Positions 17,874-25,791 of a stretch of 34,085 bases of DNA are shown here, piece by piece. Under the pieces are notes generated by a model. That model saw nothing but the letters and a program-made list of their open reading frames with translations. It was not told the origin of the DNA and made no database searches. Origin of the DNA: a virus. Lineage: Duplodnaviria > Caudoviricetes. The number at the start of each line of letters is the position of its first letter. Within the stretch, counting starts at the first letter, position 1. The translations under genes were made by a program, and so were the position numbers. Where the stretch lies: positions 1-34,085 of the IMG/VR virus record IMGVR_UViG_3300024187_000017. One strand, given 5' to 3'.

Positions 17874-18265
17874 TCCGCGGACTCGCCGTGGTCTTTCTTG
17901 ATCGAAAGCGATTTGGCAAACGCCGGCAGAACCGATTCCGTGAATGTGGGGAGGTCCACCGGGAAGTCCAGAACGTCTTCAACCGAAGGCGGCTCCTCTC
18001 CGAACTTCCTTCTGTGAGGTCGGTATTCCCACAGCAGCCCCGCCCGGATGATGGAGGCCATCACGTCAATCCCGATGTCCTCCAGCCAGAACTTGGCCAT
18101 TTCCACCGGTTTGAACGGGTTGACCTTCAACTCCTTAAAGGCCCTTCCGTCCCAGAATAGCCGGCAGTCCTGGTCGCCAATTCGCACCTCCACCATTTGC
18201 GGAGGATCGTCTTTGAGAGTTGCGGCGGCTCCGTTCTTCGGAACCGCCGCGATTGCTTGATTCAT
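17858..18265 (-). CDS. Tail assembly chaperone (gpG-like)
   Basis: Directly after the tail tube gene; EVRIGDQDCRLFWD..AF..L and IIRAGLL motifs; ends in DP. Confidence 0.75.
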   Translation of the reverse strand: MNQAIAAVPKNGAAATLKDDPPQMVEVRIGDQDCRLFWDGRAFKELKVNPFKPVEMAKFWLEDIGIDVMASIIRAGLLWEYRPHRRKFGEEPPSVEDVLDFPVDLPTFTESVLPAFAKSLSIKKDHGESADPSKA

Positions 18266-18306
18266 AAACCTCGGTGATGGTCAGCGGCTGGACCGGCAGA
18301 GAAAAA

Positions 18307-18771
18307 CTAGGCCGCGTCTACGACCGTGACCGCGCCCGTGATCTTCGCTTTCACGTCGAACATCTGGCCCTTCGATTTGGCGAAGGACGGCTTGCATTCG
18401 GTGACGAAGGCGTTCATGTGGTACATCTTCGAGCGAAGATGGGGCTTGACGCGCCATTCGTCGATTCCGCCCACGTTGTTGGCCTGGTATTGCAGGTACT
18501 GGTGAACGTCGTTTTCCAAGTCGGAGAACGAAGAGAACGCCAATTCTCCAGGGTCAGGGACGTCGTCCACGAACTGTTTGGCTTGGGTTTCGCTCAACGG
18601 CGTAACGTCGATGATGCCTTTTGCCGAACCGAACGGCTGGATGCCTTCGATTCCGGGAACGTCTGTCCATCCCGCCGAGATGCTCAGTCCGGCGGCCGTC
18701 GCCACCGTGGCGTTGATATTGATCTGTGCTACTGTTCCCGCCGCAGAGCGCGGGGTGTAAGTGGCTCCCAT
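18307..18771 (-). CDS. Major tail tube protein
   Basis: IIDVTPLSE..KQFV..VPDPGELAF and AKITGAVT motifs of siphoviral tube proteins; GAGGAG RBS. Confidence 0.85.
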   Translation of the reverse strand: MGATYTPRSAAGTVAQININATVATAAGLSISAGWTDVPGIEGIQPFGSAKGIIDVTPLSETQAKQFVDDVPDPGELAFSSFSDLENDVHQYLQYQANNVGGIDEWRVKPHLRSKMYHMNAFVTECKPSFAKSKGQMFDVKAKITGAVTVVDAA

Positions 18772-18897
18772 GCTTTCTCCTCACGCCTCCCGGCGTTAGC
18801 TGACAACGATTGGAAGTTTGGAGCGGCAGTCTATCTCTCGACAGTCTCCCGCCCCGCTTCTTTCCCCAAACCAGTGGGGAACTTGTACTGAAAACTG
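18772..18897 (-). promoter_or_regulatory. Structured intergenic leader upstream of the tail tube gene
   Basis: Hairpin TTCCCCA/TGGGGAA (18862-18881) and GGGGCGG..CTGTC-GAGA-GATAG..CCGCTCC stem with a GNRA loop (18820-18855). Confidence 0.4.
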
Positions 18898-19326
18898 TTA
18901 GGGCTCCAGTGGAGCGTCTTCGGTAAAGAACGTGTCCATGTCCAAAAACCGAATGTGCACTTTGGAGTCTTCGTCCCACCCGTCGATTACACTGGCGACG
19001 GAGGCGTTCTGGACTACCGTTCCCGAAAAACCCTGTAACGCAAGACGAATTTGCTCCGCCATCAACCGCGCCTTAATGATTCCCCCATCGGCTGCGTTGA
19101 GCGTGTCGTCCTGCCTTGCTCTGCAGGAGAATTCAAACCGCTCCTGGCCCAGCCCTACCGCCATGCCGCGGATTTCTTCGTCAGAGGTGGCTCCGACTCC
19201 CCGGATGACAATATACGGCCCCTGGTACTTGTAACCGGAGGGGGGAGTGTTCAGAAAGACCTGCCCGGCCGCTGTACTTTGCGTGGCCGTCACCACTTCC
19301 TGGAGAATTTCTTCGAGGACCGTCAT
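18898..19326 (-). CDS. Tail terminator (DUF3168/gp17-like)
   Basis: VFLNTPP..PYIVI, RFEFSC, A..MAEQIRLALQGF pattern; directly before the tube gene. Confidence 0.8.
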   Translation of the reverse strand: MTVLEEILQEVVTATQSTAAGQVFLNTPPSGYKYQGPYIVIRGVGATSDEEIRGMAVGLGQERFEFSCRARQDDTLNAADGGIIKARLMAEQIRLALQGFSGTVVQNASVASVIDGWDEDSKVHIRFLDMDTFFTEDAPLEP

Positions 19327-19700
19327 ACCTTCCCGGGCATACGGACGCAGCGCACCTCACCGGTAGCCTTGAAGCTGACATCCACCGGGCCGGGAATGTA
19401 CGAGCGGAATTGACCGGAATAGTCCGTAACATCCACCTGGCTCATCCTGGATTCCATCATGAAGGCCTGACACTCCATCCGGTACACCGTGGCCGTCCGG
19501 CGCTCCCGCATAAACAGCGTGCACTCGTAAGCGCCGGGCGCTGGACACTCGAAGGGCGGAACAATCTTGGGCTCTGGGGGAATCTCGATCTCCGGCGGCT
19601 TCACGATCAGAGACTGAGCAGCGCTGACAGGCACTCCGCCCACCACCGGCACGACCGCCGCGCCCACTCCGAACAATTTGAGGATGTCTCGCCTGTTCAT
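19323..19700 (-). CDS. Tat-signal protein with tail-tube-like C-terminal motif
   Basis: MNRRDILKLFGVGAAVV twin-arginine motif; C-terminal SQVDVTDYSGQFRSYIPGPVDVSFKATG. Confidence 0.7.
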   Translation of the reverse strand: MNRRDILKLFGVGAAVVPVVGGVPVSAAQSLIVKPPEIEIPPEPKIVPPFECPAPGAYECTLFMRERRTATVYRMECQAFMMESRMSQVDVTDYSGQFRSYIPGPVDVSFKATGEVRCVRMPGKV

Positions 19701-19711
19701 CTGAATCCTTC

Positions 19712-20494
19712 CTACACCGCCGCGACCAGACGTTCCGTCTCCGCTTCTTCGTCAGGAACCGGCTCCAGCCAATCCTTTACCGAACCCGTGAAGCGCTCCC
19801 GGCCCCAGTGCCCCAGTTGAATCTCCGGGTCCATCCAGACCCTTCCACCCGCTCTTTGCCACAACCGGGAAAATCCGAAGTCTTCCGAGAGGTACATCTC
19901 CCCGGCTTCTTCGGAATCGGCGTACCCGAAGATCAGTTTTTCGGGGCCGGTGGGAAAGAGGTCGTGATAGAGGGCCTGTTCTTCCGCCGGAGCTTCGGGA
20001 AGGAAGACGCACTTCCGCTCCGGGTAACGTTCGATCAGTTGTTTCAGTGCCGAACGCCGAATCGCGAGAAAACCCGTGGGAGCGTCTCGAATTTCGACGT
20101 AGCCGCATTTCGGATGCCTCAACACCCGCCCGTCCGAGTCCGAAAAGAAGTTGATCGGGAATCGCGGGGGATGGCATTTCAGCGGATAGACGCCACAGGC
20201 GACTTCGATATCCGGGCAGGCTTCCATCACATGCAGAATCCGAAGCACCGAGGCCGGGGACCACTGCAAATCCGCGTCGATGAAAAACAGCGGGTCGCAA
20301 CTTCCCAGGAGAAACTTCGCAGCGAACACGCCGCGCGCCCTCGGGACCAACGAATCACAGAGCGGCTGATCCGGGATGCCGCATCGAATCCCCTGCTTTG
20401 CCAAAGCTAAGACCGTGGCCAGCATGGAGAGGTGATATTCGGCGGTGACCTGGCCGCCGTAGCTCGGGGTTGCGAAGTAGGGCTTCAGATTCAT
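19712..20494 (-). CDS. GT-A fold glycosyltransferase (phage type) #5
   Basis: ATPSYGG, DSLVPRAR, FFIDAD (DxD), TGFLAIRR, YLSEDFGF, DPEIQLGHWG motifs. Confidence 0.85.
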   Translation of the reverse strand: MNLKPYFATPSYGGQVTAEYHLSMLATVLALAKQGIRCGIPDQPLCDSLVPRARGVFAAKFLLGSCDPLFFIDADLQWSPASVLRILHVMEACPDIEVACGVYPLKCHPPRFPINFFSDSDGRVLRHPKCGYVEIRDAPTGFLAIRRSALKQLIERYPERKCVFLPEAPAEEQALYHDLFPTGPEKLIFGYADSEEAGEMYLSEDFGFSRLWQRAGGRVWMDPEIQLGHWGRERFTGSVKDWLEPVPDEEAETERLVAAV

Positions 20495-20682
20495 TTCATC
20501 GGCTCCATCGGCATCGCAGCCTTGAGCCGCTCCGCACTACGCATCGCCTGACGCATGGCCTCCTCAAACCGCGAAGCATCGCAGCTCAACTCAATCACCA
20601 TCTGCGACCTTGGACACGGCCCAATCTGGGGATCAACGAAGTCCGCCAGCTTGCGAAGAAATCGAGCGAAAGAGCGCCGCAT
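20491..20682 (-). CDS. Small hypothetical protein (63 aa)
   Basis: Coupled on both sides; contains VIELSCDASRFEEAM. Confidence 0.6.
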   Translation of the reverse strand: MRRSFARFLRKLADFVDPQIGPCPRSQMVIELSCDASRFEEAMRQAMRSAERLKAAMPMEPMK

Positions 20683-20844
20683 CTATTTCGACAGATCCGT
20701 CTTGAGCTGCGCGATAAACTGATCCGCGACCTGATGATAGTTCTGGTCGGTAGGCCCGAATCGCAAGTACAACAGAAAGGCCAGAATGCCGCGAAGGAAC
20801 GGCTCAGCCTCGGAGATTTGCTCCAGATCGTCTTGTCGTTTCAT
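20683..20844 (-). CDS. Small hypothetical protein (53 aa)
   Basis: MKRQDDLEQISEAEPFLRGILAFLLYLRFGPTDQNYHQVADQFIAQLKTDLSK*; stop abuts the next ATG; not in the ORF track. Confidence 0.6.
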   Translation of the reverse strand: MKRQDDLEQISEAEPFLRGILAFLLYLRFGPTDQNYHQVADQFIAQLKTDLSK

Positions 20845-20869
20845 TTACAGCTTCCCCCACAGAACGCCA

Positions 20870-21145
20870 TCAACCCCGTAAAGGCCCAAACGGCCCTTCC
20901 CCGAAATGCTGATCGAACCGCGCGCCCAGCTCCGCATCCCGCACCACCCGGATTATGATTGTTCCGTCCTCGCGCTTCACGATCTTAAAGACCTCATCGG
21001 GCGAACTTGGCTGAATTCCCATCGGCCCATCACCCAATCGCCGGAAGAGATCGCCGCTGTATTTAACGCCCTCGATTTCGAGCACATCGCTGGCGGAGTC
21101 ATACGCTATCCGCAATGGTTCCCGCTCTACCGATTCCCCGGCCAT
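20870..21145 (-). CDS. Hypothetical protein
   Basis: MAGESVERE...LEIEGVKYSGDLFRRLG...FKIVKREDGTIII; start uncertain (21145 or 21199). Confidence 0.6.
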   Translation of the reverse strand: MAGESVEREPLRIAYDSASDVLEIEGVKYSGDLFRRLGDGPMGIQPSSPDEVFKIVKREDGTIIIRVVRDAELGARFDQHFGEGPFGPLRG

Positions 21146-21906
21146 ACCGTTACCATCTCTTCCTTCCACTCGACCAGCTCGGAGGGATTCTGAATCCACC
21201 TCTGCGACTTCGCGATTTCGTTGTACTGCACGTGCCAGTTCTGGGCACGTTCCACGGGGTCGTAGCGAGCCATCCGTTCTCGCAGCACCTTCCGCGCTGC
21301 TTGTTCTGAGCTTCTCAGCGGGTAGTGCTTCAGCACGAACTTATCGGGGTGGACTCGCCGCCCCAGAAATCGCGCCTCGTGGCCTCCGGACGACGCCAAA
21401 TCGACTCGCTGGCCCCGGTTTTTCCATGCTTTGACGTGGGGTAGCCGGTTATCCACCACCCCCGGCCGGTAATAACGAAAATGCTGCTCTGGAAAGCCGC
21501 AGTACCGGTCGTCGGTCGGCTCGAAGTGAAACACCTGGTGATTGGCTGCTGAGTAACCTTCGGCGTCGATTCGACGGAAGGCCTCGAGCAGCGTTTCTTC
21601 CGGACGTGGAGATCTTCGGATTTCATCGGCGTCGTGCAAGCAGCACCAGTCGGCTTTCGAATCGGCTGCAACTTCTTCCACCCTTCGCAGGATCCGCGCC
21701 CACTCGTAATACGTCGATGGCCCCTGGAAGGGAAACTTCTCCACCGTGACGCACGGGATCGTCCGGGCGATTCCCGCGCTGGCGTCCGTAGACCAGTTGT
21801 CCAAGACGTGTACCGAGAGTCCCTGGTCTACCAAATGCCGCAACGTGTAGGCCAGGATATCGGCCTCGTTGAACACCGGCATGATCGCGAGAGCCTTGAA
21901 GGTCAT
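21127..21906 (-). CDS. Glycosyltransferase family 2 (Glyco_tranf_2_4-like) #4
   Basis: FNEADIL, LDNWSTD, WCCLHDADE, GGH, LKHYPLRS.EQ..RK motifs. Confidence 0.88.
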   Translation of the reverse strand: MTFKALAIMPVFNEADILAYTLRHLVDQGLSVHVLDNWSTDASAGIARTIPCVTVEKFPFQGPSTYYEWARILRRVEEVAADSKADWCCLHDADEIRRSPRPEETLLEAFRRIDAEGYSAANHQVFHFEPTDDRYCGFPEQHFRYYRPGVVDNRLPHVKAWKNRGQRVDLASSGGHEARFLGRRVHPDKFVLKHYPLRSSEQAARKVLRERMARYDPVERAQNWHVQYNEIAKSQRWIQNPSELVEWKEEMVTVWPGNR

Positions 21907-22520
21907 GAACCGACCTGCTCCTCAGTGTCCCGCCAGACAAACTCATTTAAGGGCAAGTGCGCCCGGCACTTTATGCAGAAAGTCCCGCTATAGAACTTTG
22001 GGTCACGGGCATAGGTCTCTGCAATCTCCACGCTCATCGTGGTATCCGCTCCGCATCCTCCTATTCGCTGCTTCCATCGTTGCGTTTCTCCGGAGGGATG
22101 ATCGGGGTTCTCGAATTCCTGGAGACGGCCGACATGAGTGTAGGTCCGACGCACCGGCCGCACGAATCCCTTGGACCGCTCTTCGGGTGTCAGGACGACG
22201 TAATTTCTTTGTTGGCCTGTCGCAGGATTGATCTCACAATGATCTGGCGTCACCGGGCTACCGTCGGTGAGTACGCGCGCGGCCCGGTCCACCGGAATCG
22301 CTACTGCCGCCTCCATCCTTAGCTTCGACATCTTCTCGCGCGCAAGGACCTCCGCCGCCTTGGCGTGCTTCCATAGGAGTTGCGCCAGATTCAGCGCCTG
22401 AGCCGGAGAGAACACAATGTGCCCCACGCCATTTTCATCCGGCGTCAGGTCGGGATGGTTAACCACCACTTCCCCGTTATCATTGACCCCGACTTCCAGA
22501 TAGCCCGCTATTTTGTCCAT
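21903..22520 (-). CDS. Two-domain hypothetical protein with C-terminal Zn-binding-like domain
   Basis: YVVLTPEERSKGFVRPVRRTYTH...CG..T.M...IAETYARDPKFYSGTFCIKC..H....EFVW; start 22520 or 22544. Confidence 0.7.
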   Translation of the reverse strand: MDKIAGYLEVGVNDNGEVVVNHPDLTPDENGVGHIVFSPAQALNLAQLLWKHAKAAEVLAREKMSKLRMEAAVAIPVDRAARVLTDGSPVTPDHCEINPATGQQRNYVVLTPEERSKGFVRPVRRTYTHVGRLQEFENPDHPSGETQRWKQRIGGCGADTTMSVEIAETYARDPKFYSGTFCIKCRAHLPLNEFVWRDTEEQVGS

Positions 22521-22550
22521 GCTGCAATCGTCCCCGCTCCTCATGAATGT

Positions 22551-23249
22551 TTACCCATAGAGCGCCAACAATTCCCGGTGCCGCTCTCTCAGAGCCGCCC
22601 GCATTCGGGCCTGAGCCTCTCCCGCTGCGACCACGCTCACGGCGTCGTCATGAGACCGGTGATGCAAGAGCGGCTCCGGAATCACTGCAACATCCCACCC
22701 TTGGGCAAGGATTCGAATCCACAGGTCCCAGTCTTCATTAATCGGGAGGTTCCAGAATCCGCCCACTTCTTCCCATGCTCTGCGACGGAACATAGACGCG
22801 GCGAATAGGCGATTCTTTCGCAGCAGCCGCTCAATCGTGATCGGCTCATCGGGATTCTGTTCCCAGCGCACTTCGTTGGGATCGGAAGACTCCCACCGTA
22901 GGCCCGTCGCCACGATTCCCTTGGTTGGTTCCGCCGCTTCCAAACACCGTTCGATGTACGTCGGCTCCAACCAGTCATCGGCGTCCAGGCTGATAATCCA
23001 TTCACAATCGACGGCCGCGATCCCTGCGTTTCTCCAACGTCCAATTCCGGGGATGGGTGGAACGTTCACCCAGAGCTTGTGCAAGTAACAGAGCGATTCG
23101 AAGACCTCCCGCGATTCATCGGTGGATCCGGCGTCCGCCACCACGATCCGTGTGGGCTTCACTGTCTGCTCAACGCACGACTGCAGGGCCTGTCCCAGGA
23201 ACCTTCCGTAGTTCCGGTTGGGGATGACTACCGCGACGCCGTTGCTCAC
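22551..23249 (-). CDS. Glycosyltransferase family 2 #3
   Basis: VVIPNRNYGRFL, DAGSTD, RNAGI, LDADD, EDWDLWIR motifs; GTG 23249 with GGAG upstream (ORF-track start 23288). Confidence 0.9.
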   Translation of the reverse strand: MSNGVAVVIPNRNYGRFLGQALQSCVEQTVKPTRIVVADAGSTDESREVFESLCYLHKLWVNVPPIPGIGRWRNAGIAAVDCEWIISLDADDWLEPTYIERCLEAAEPTKGIVATGLRWESSDPNEVRWEQNPDEPITIERLLRKNRLFAASMFRRRAWEEVGGFWNLPINEDWDLWIRILAQGWDVAVIPEPLLHHRSHDDAVSVVAAGEAQARMRAALRERHRELLALYG

Positions 23250-23325
23250 CGGCCGTGCTCCCGCTTCCACCGCTTCGCCGCGCGCCATGCGGGGCAGCGG
23301 CGCTTACGATAAGCAACGCGGACGC

Positions 23326-24015
23326 TCACCGAAGATCGCCCCACTTCTGCCCGTAAATGATCAATCCCCGCGCACTATCTCCGGGAGCGCTGGGAGACTT
23401 CCGGAACGTTGGATTCAACGATCCATGATCCACATAGCAGGCATCGTGAACGGCGCACTGTAATCCTGCTTCTCGGACCTGACGGCAGTAATCGATGTCC
23501 TCTCCCCCGTATGTCGTGTACCGTTCATCCAAGAGCCCCACCCGGTTGATGGTTCGCCGCGGGATGCAGACACACAGGAACGCAAACCTCTGCACCGGCC
23601 GCAATCCCACCTGTTGACCGCCGATCGTCCGCTTTCGCTGCTCAAGATACCCGGTAAAGTTGGTGACGGCTCCGATCATTCCGATTCCGGGATGCCTTTC
23701 CAATTCCAACTGAAGCAACGAAAAGCCGCCCGGGTCCTGCAAGAGCGCGTCGTCATTCAGGAGCACCACGTCATCTTCGCCGGCCATCCGGATTCCCAGA
23801 TTGACATTCCGGGCGAAAATGAATGGCTTCACTCCGGGGATTACGCGAACGTCCCGCATTCCATTCCGTAAGGCGTTTCCGCGCTCGCCGGACCAGTCTA
23901 TCCCGTCGTCAATTATCAGAACTTTGGCGTTAGGTTCGTGTCTCGCGACGTGCGCAACGCAGGAGTCTACGTTGCTCCGGGTCTTCGATGGGATGATGAC
24001 CGTCAGTCCGTTCAT
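23326..24015 (-). CDS. Glycosyltransferase family 2 #2
   Basis: VIIPS, IIDDG, FARNVNLGI, VVLLNDD, VGLLDERY..YGGEDIDYC; ATG 24015 overlaps the upstream stop. Confidence 0.9.
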   Translation of the reverse strand: MNGLTVIIPSKTRSNVDSCVAHVARHEPNAKVLIIDDGIDWSGERGNALRNGMRDVRVIPGVKPFIFARNVNLGIRMAGEDDVVLLNDDALLQDPGGFSLLQLELERHPGIGMIGAVTNFTGYLEQRKRTIGGQQVGLRPVQRFAFLCVCIPRRTINRVGLLDERYTTYGGEDIDYCRQVREAGLQCAVHDACYVDHGSLNPTFRKSPSAPGDSARGLIIYGQKWGDLR

Positions 24016-24653
24016 GCCGCCACCCCTTCGGGCGCCGGAATCAACTTCCAGCACTCGGGATTTCCTGCAACGTCCCGCGGCGAGGTGTTCCCGGGGTGAA
24101 TCGTGGCGTACATCAGACTTCCGGCGTCTGCTCCCACGTACTGGCCTCTCGTGTACGCCCGCCTGGCCCACTGCTCATCCTGCCCCACTTGCAGGGGATG
24201 GAAGGGGTCTTTCTCCCAGTAGGTCCTCCGGTAGCAGAGCGACGTTCCCAACCCCAAACCGGGGTCGTTGACGCGGTACTGATACCAGTTCGTCCCATCG
24301 GTGAACCGCATGGAGTGGTAGCCGGTCACCGCCCGGCCGGTCTGCTGCAATCTTTGGACCTGGTCAGCCACTCTTCCAGGGGCGCTCGTGTCGTCGTCGT
24401 CCCAGTGGATGATAATCTCTCCCTGGGCCAGATCACACCCCACGTTCCGCTTGGTTCCCACCGTCAACTGCGCCGGAAGGTGAACCACTCGGATTCGGGG
24501 ATCGCGGGGAATCAACGGGCTCACCGGCTGCCCATCGGCCACAATCACCAGCTCTGAGTCTCGAAAGCTCTGCTCATAGAAACACCGGATAGCTTGCGGG
24601 AGCCATTCCGGACGGTTTCTCGTGAGACAGAGACAGGTAACCGCAAACTTCAC
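24012..24653 (-). CDS. Glycosyltransferase family 2 #1
   Basis: VTCLCLTRNR, ELVIVADG, GTKRN.G...AQGEIIIHWDDDD, GQD motifs; GTGA overlap with the head-closure stop. Confidence 0.9.
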   Translation of the reverse strand: MKFAVTCLCLTRNRPEWLPQAIRCFYEQSFRDSELVIVADGQPVSPLIPRDPRIRVVHLPAQLTVGTKRNVGCDLAQGEIIIHWDDDDTSAPGRVADQVQRLQQTGRAVTGYHSMRFTDGTNWYQYRVNDPGLGLGTSLCYRRTYWEKDPFHPLQVGQDEQWARRAYTRGQYVGADAGSLMYATIHPGNTSPRDVAGNPECWKLIPAPEGVAA

Positions 24654-25033
24654 AGGTTCTGCTCCAGGCCGGTGCAGTTCAACACCAGCACCACATCTGC
24701 TTCCAGGACGTTTTCGACCGATTCGATTTTGTAAATCGACCCGTTGTCGTGATAGACCCGCATGTTCGAACGAATGGCAGGGTCCCACCACATCGCCACC
24801 GTCAAAAACAGCTGGGAGGTGCTTTGACCTCCCCGGATGACGTCAATCCCCCTTACCGGAGCGATAGCCGCGTTCCCTGTGGCGACTTCGTGCCAGGGAA
24901 TCATTCTTCCGCCGGCGTCGTATTCCGGGGGGCTGGACGGCCCCTGATCCTTGATCGAAACCGTGTGGCGCATGGCCCCGATATCAATCGTGGGCTGGCC
25001 GTTCACGATCTTGACGAAATCGGCGTAAGGCAA
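24650..25033 (-). CDS. Head closure / head-tail joining protein (SPP1 gp16-like)
   Basis: GAMRHTVSI, W.EVA...A.I.P..G, I.SNMRV, YKIESV motifs. Confidence 0.85.
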   Translation of the reverse strand: MPYADFVKIVNGQPTIDIGAMRHTVSIKDQGPSSPPEYDAGGRMIPWHEVATGNAAIAPVRGIDVIRGGQSTSQLFLTVAMWWDPAIRSNMRVYHDNGSIYKIESVENVLEADVVLVLNCTGLEQNL

Positions 25034-25041
25034 GCTGGGTC

Positions 25042-25788
25042 TTATCCTCGGGTCGGAGCGAAATCGACAATCATGTTCTGCTGGAAAATCCGCTCAATGT
25101 TCTCCGGAACTTGACCTACCGCCCCGCGGTTTTGATACCAGTAGCTCACCAGGTTCAAAATTCCCACGATGATCATTTGCGGAATTCCCACCGCCATTAC
25201 CGAGTCGGGCTGCTGCCCGGGGTTGCTGGTCGGGGGACTCGCGATGTTGTGCGTGTCGATCTTCGTGGGGTCGGGGTCGTACCCCGCGGTGTAATCGACA
25301 ACGACCGAATTGGGGACATAGAGATCCGCCGGCCAGAACTGACTGGGAAGGGGAAAGATTCTCGCCGGCTGACTGTCCCGGTCGAGCACGAAGTCTACGT
25401 CTTGTAAGGCGGTCTTTACCGACCCGTCCGGCTGAATCGAACGGATCTGCTGAACCGAAATCACCGGGGGGTAGTACAGCTTGATCATCTGCGAATAGTT
25501 CCACAGGGTCGTGGAGTACTTTGGCAGAGAGTAGTAGCTCGGGGGATACGCGAGCTGGCTTTGAATCGTGTCGGTGTAGTAGGGGTGAGAATCGAGGACC
25601 ATCCGCCACGTTCTCTGCGCCAAAGACCTTCCGGTCAGAATCTCCCCCTGCTCCCGGGCCGCCGCGATAAACCCCGTGATCGTAGCGTCTTCCCTAACGT
25701 AACTGTCGGGGAGACGCAGGAACGACCGCGCCTGAGCGAGCGAGACCGGCTCCGTGACCGGAACCGAGGTGGCGTGAACGTAGCTCAT
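25042..25788 (-). CDS. Head-tail connector (gp6/phiE125 gp8-like)
   Basis: EPVSLAQARSFLRL..EDATITGFIAAARE..E..TGRSL; V.YTAGY; IL.LV..WY.NR motifs. Confidence 0.9.
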   Translation of the reverse strand: MSYVHATSVPVTEPVSLAQARSFLRLPDSYVREDATITGFIAAAREQGEILTGRSLAQRTWRMVLDSHPYYTDTIQSQLAYPPSYYSLPKYSTTLWNYSQMIKLYYPPVISVQQIRSIQPDGSVKTALQDVDFVLDRDSQPARIFPLPSQFWPADLYVPNSVVVDYTAGYDPDPTKIDTHNIASPPTSNPGQQPDSVMAVGIPQMIIVGILNLVSYWYQNRGAVGQVPENIERIFQQNMIVDFAPTRG

Positions 25789-25791
25789 GGA

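Noticed and set aside
19712-24653. GT cluster as a gtrABC serotype-conversion cassette or host polysaccharide locus
   Set aside because: No flippase, multi-TM transferase or sugar-nucleotide synthesis genes; genes are coupled into the late structural operon
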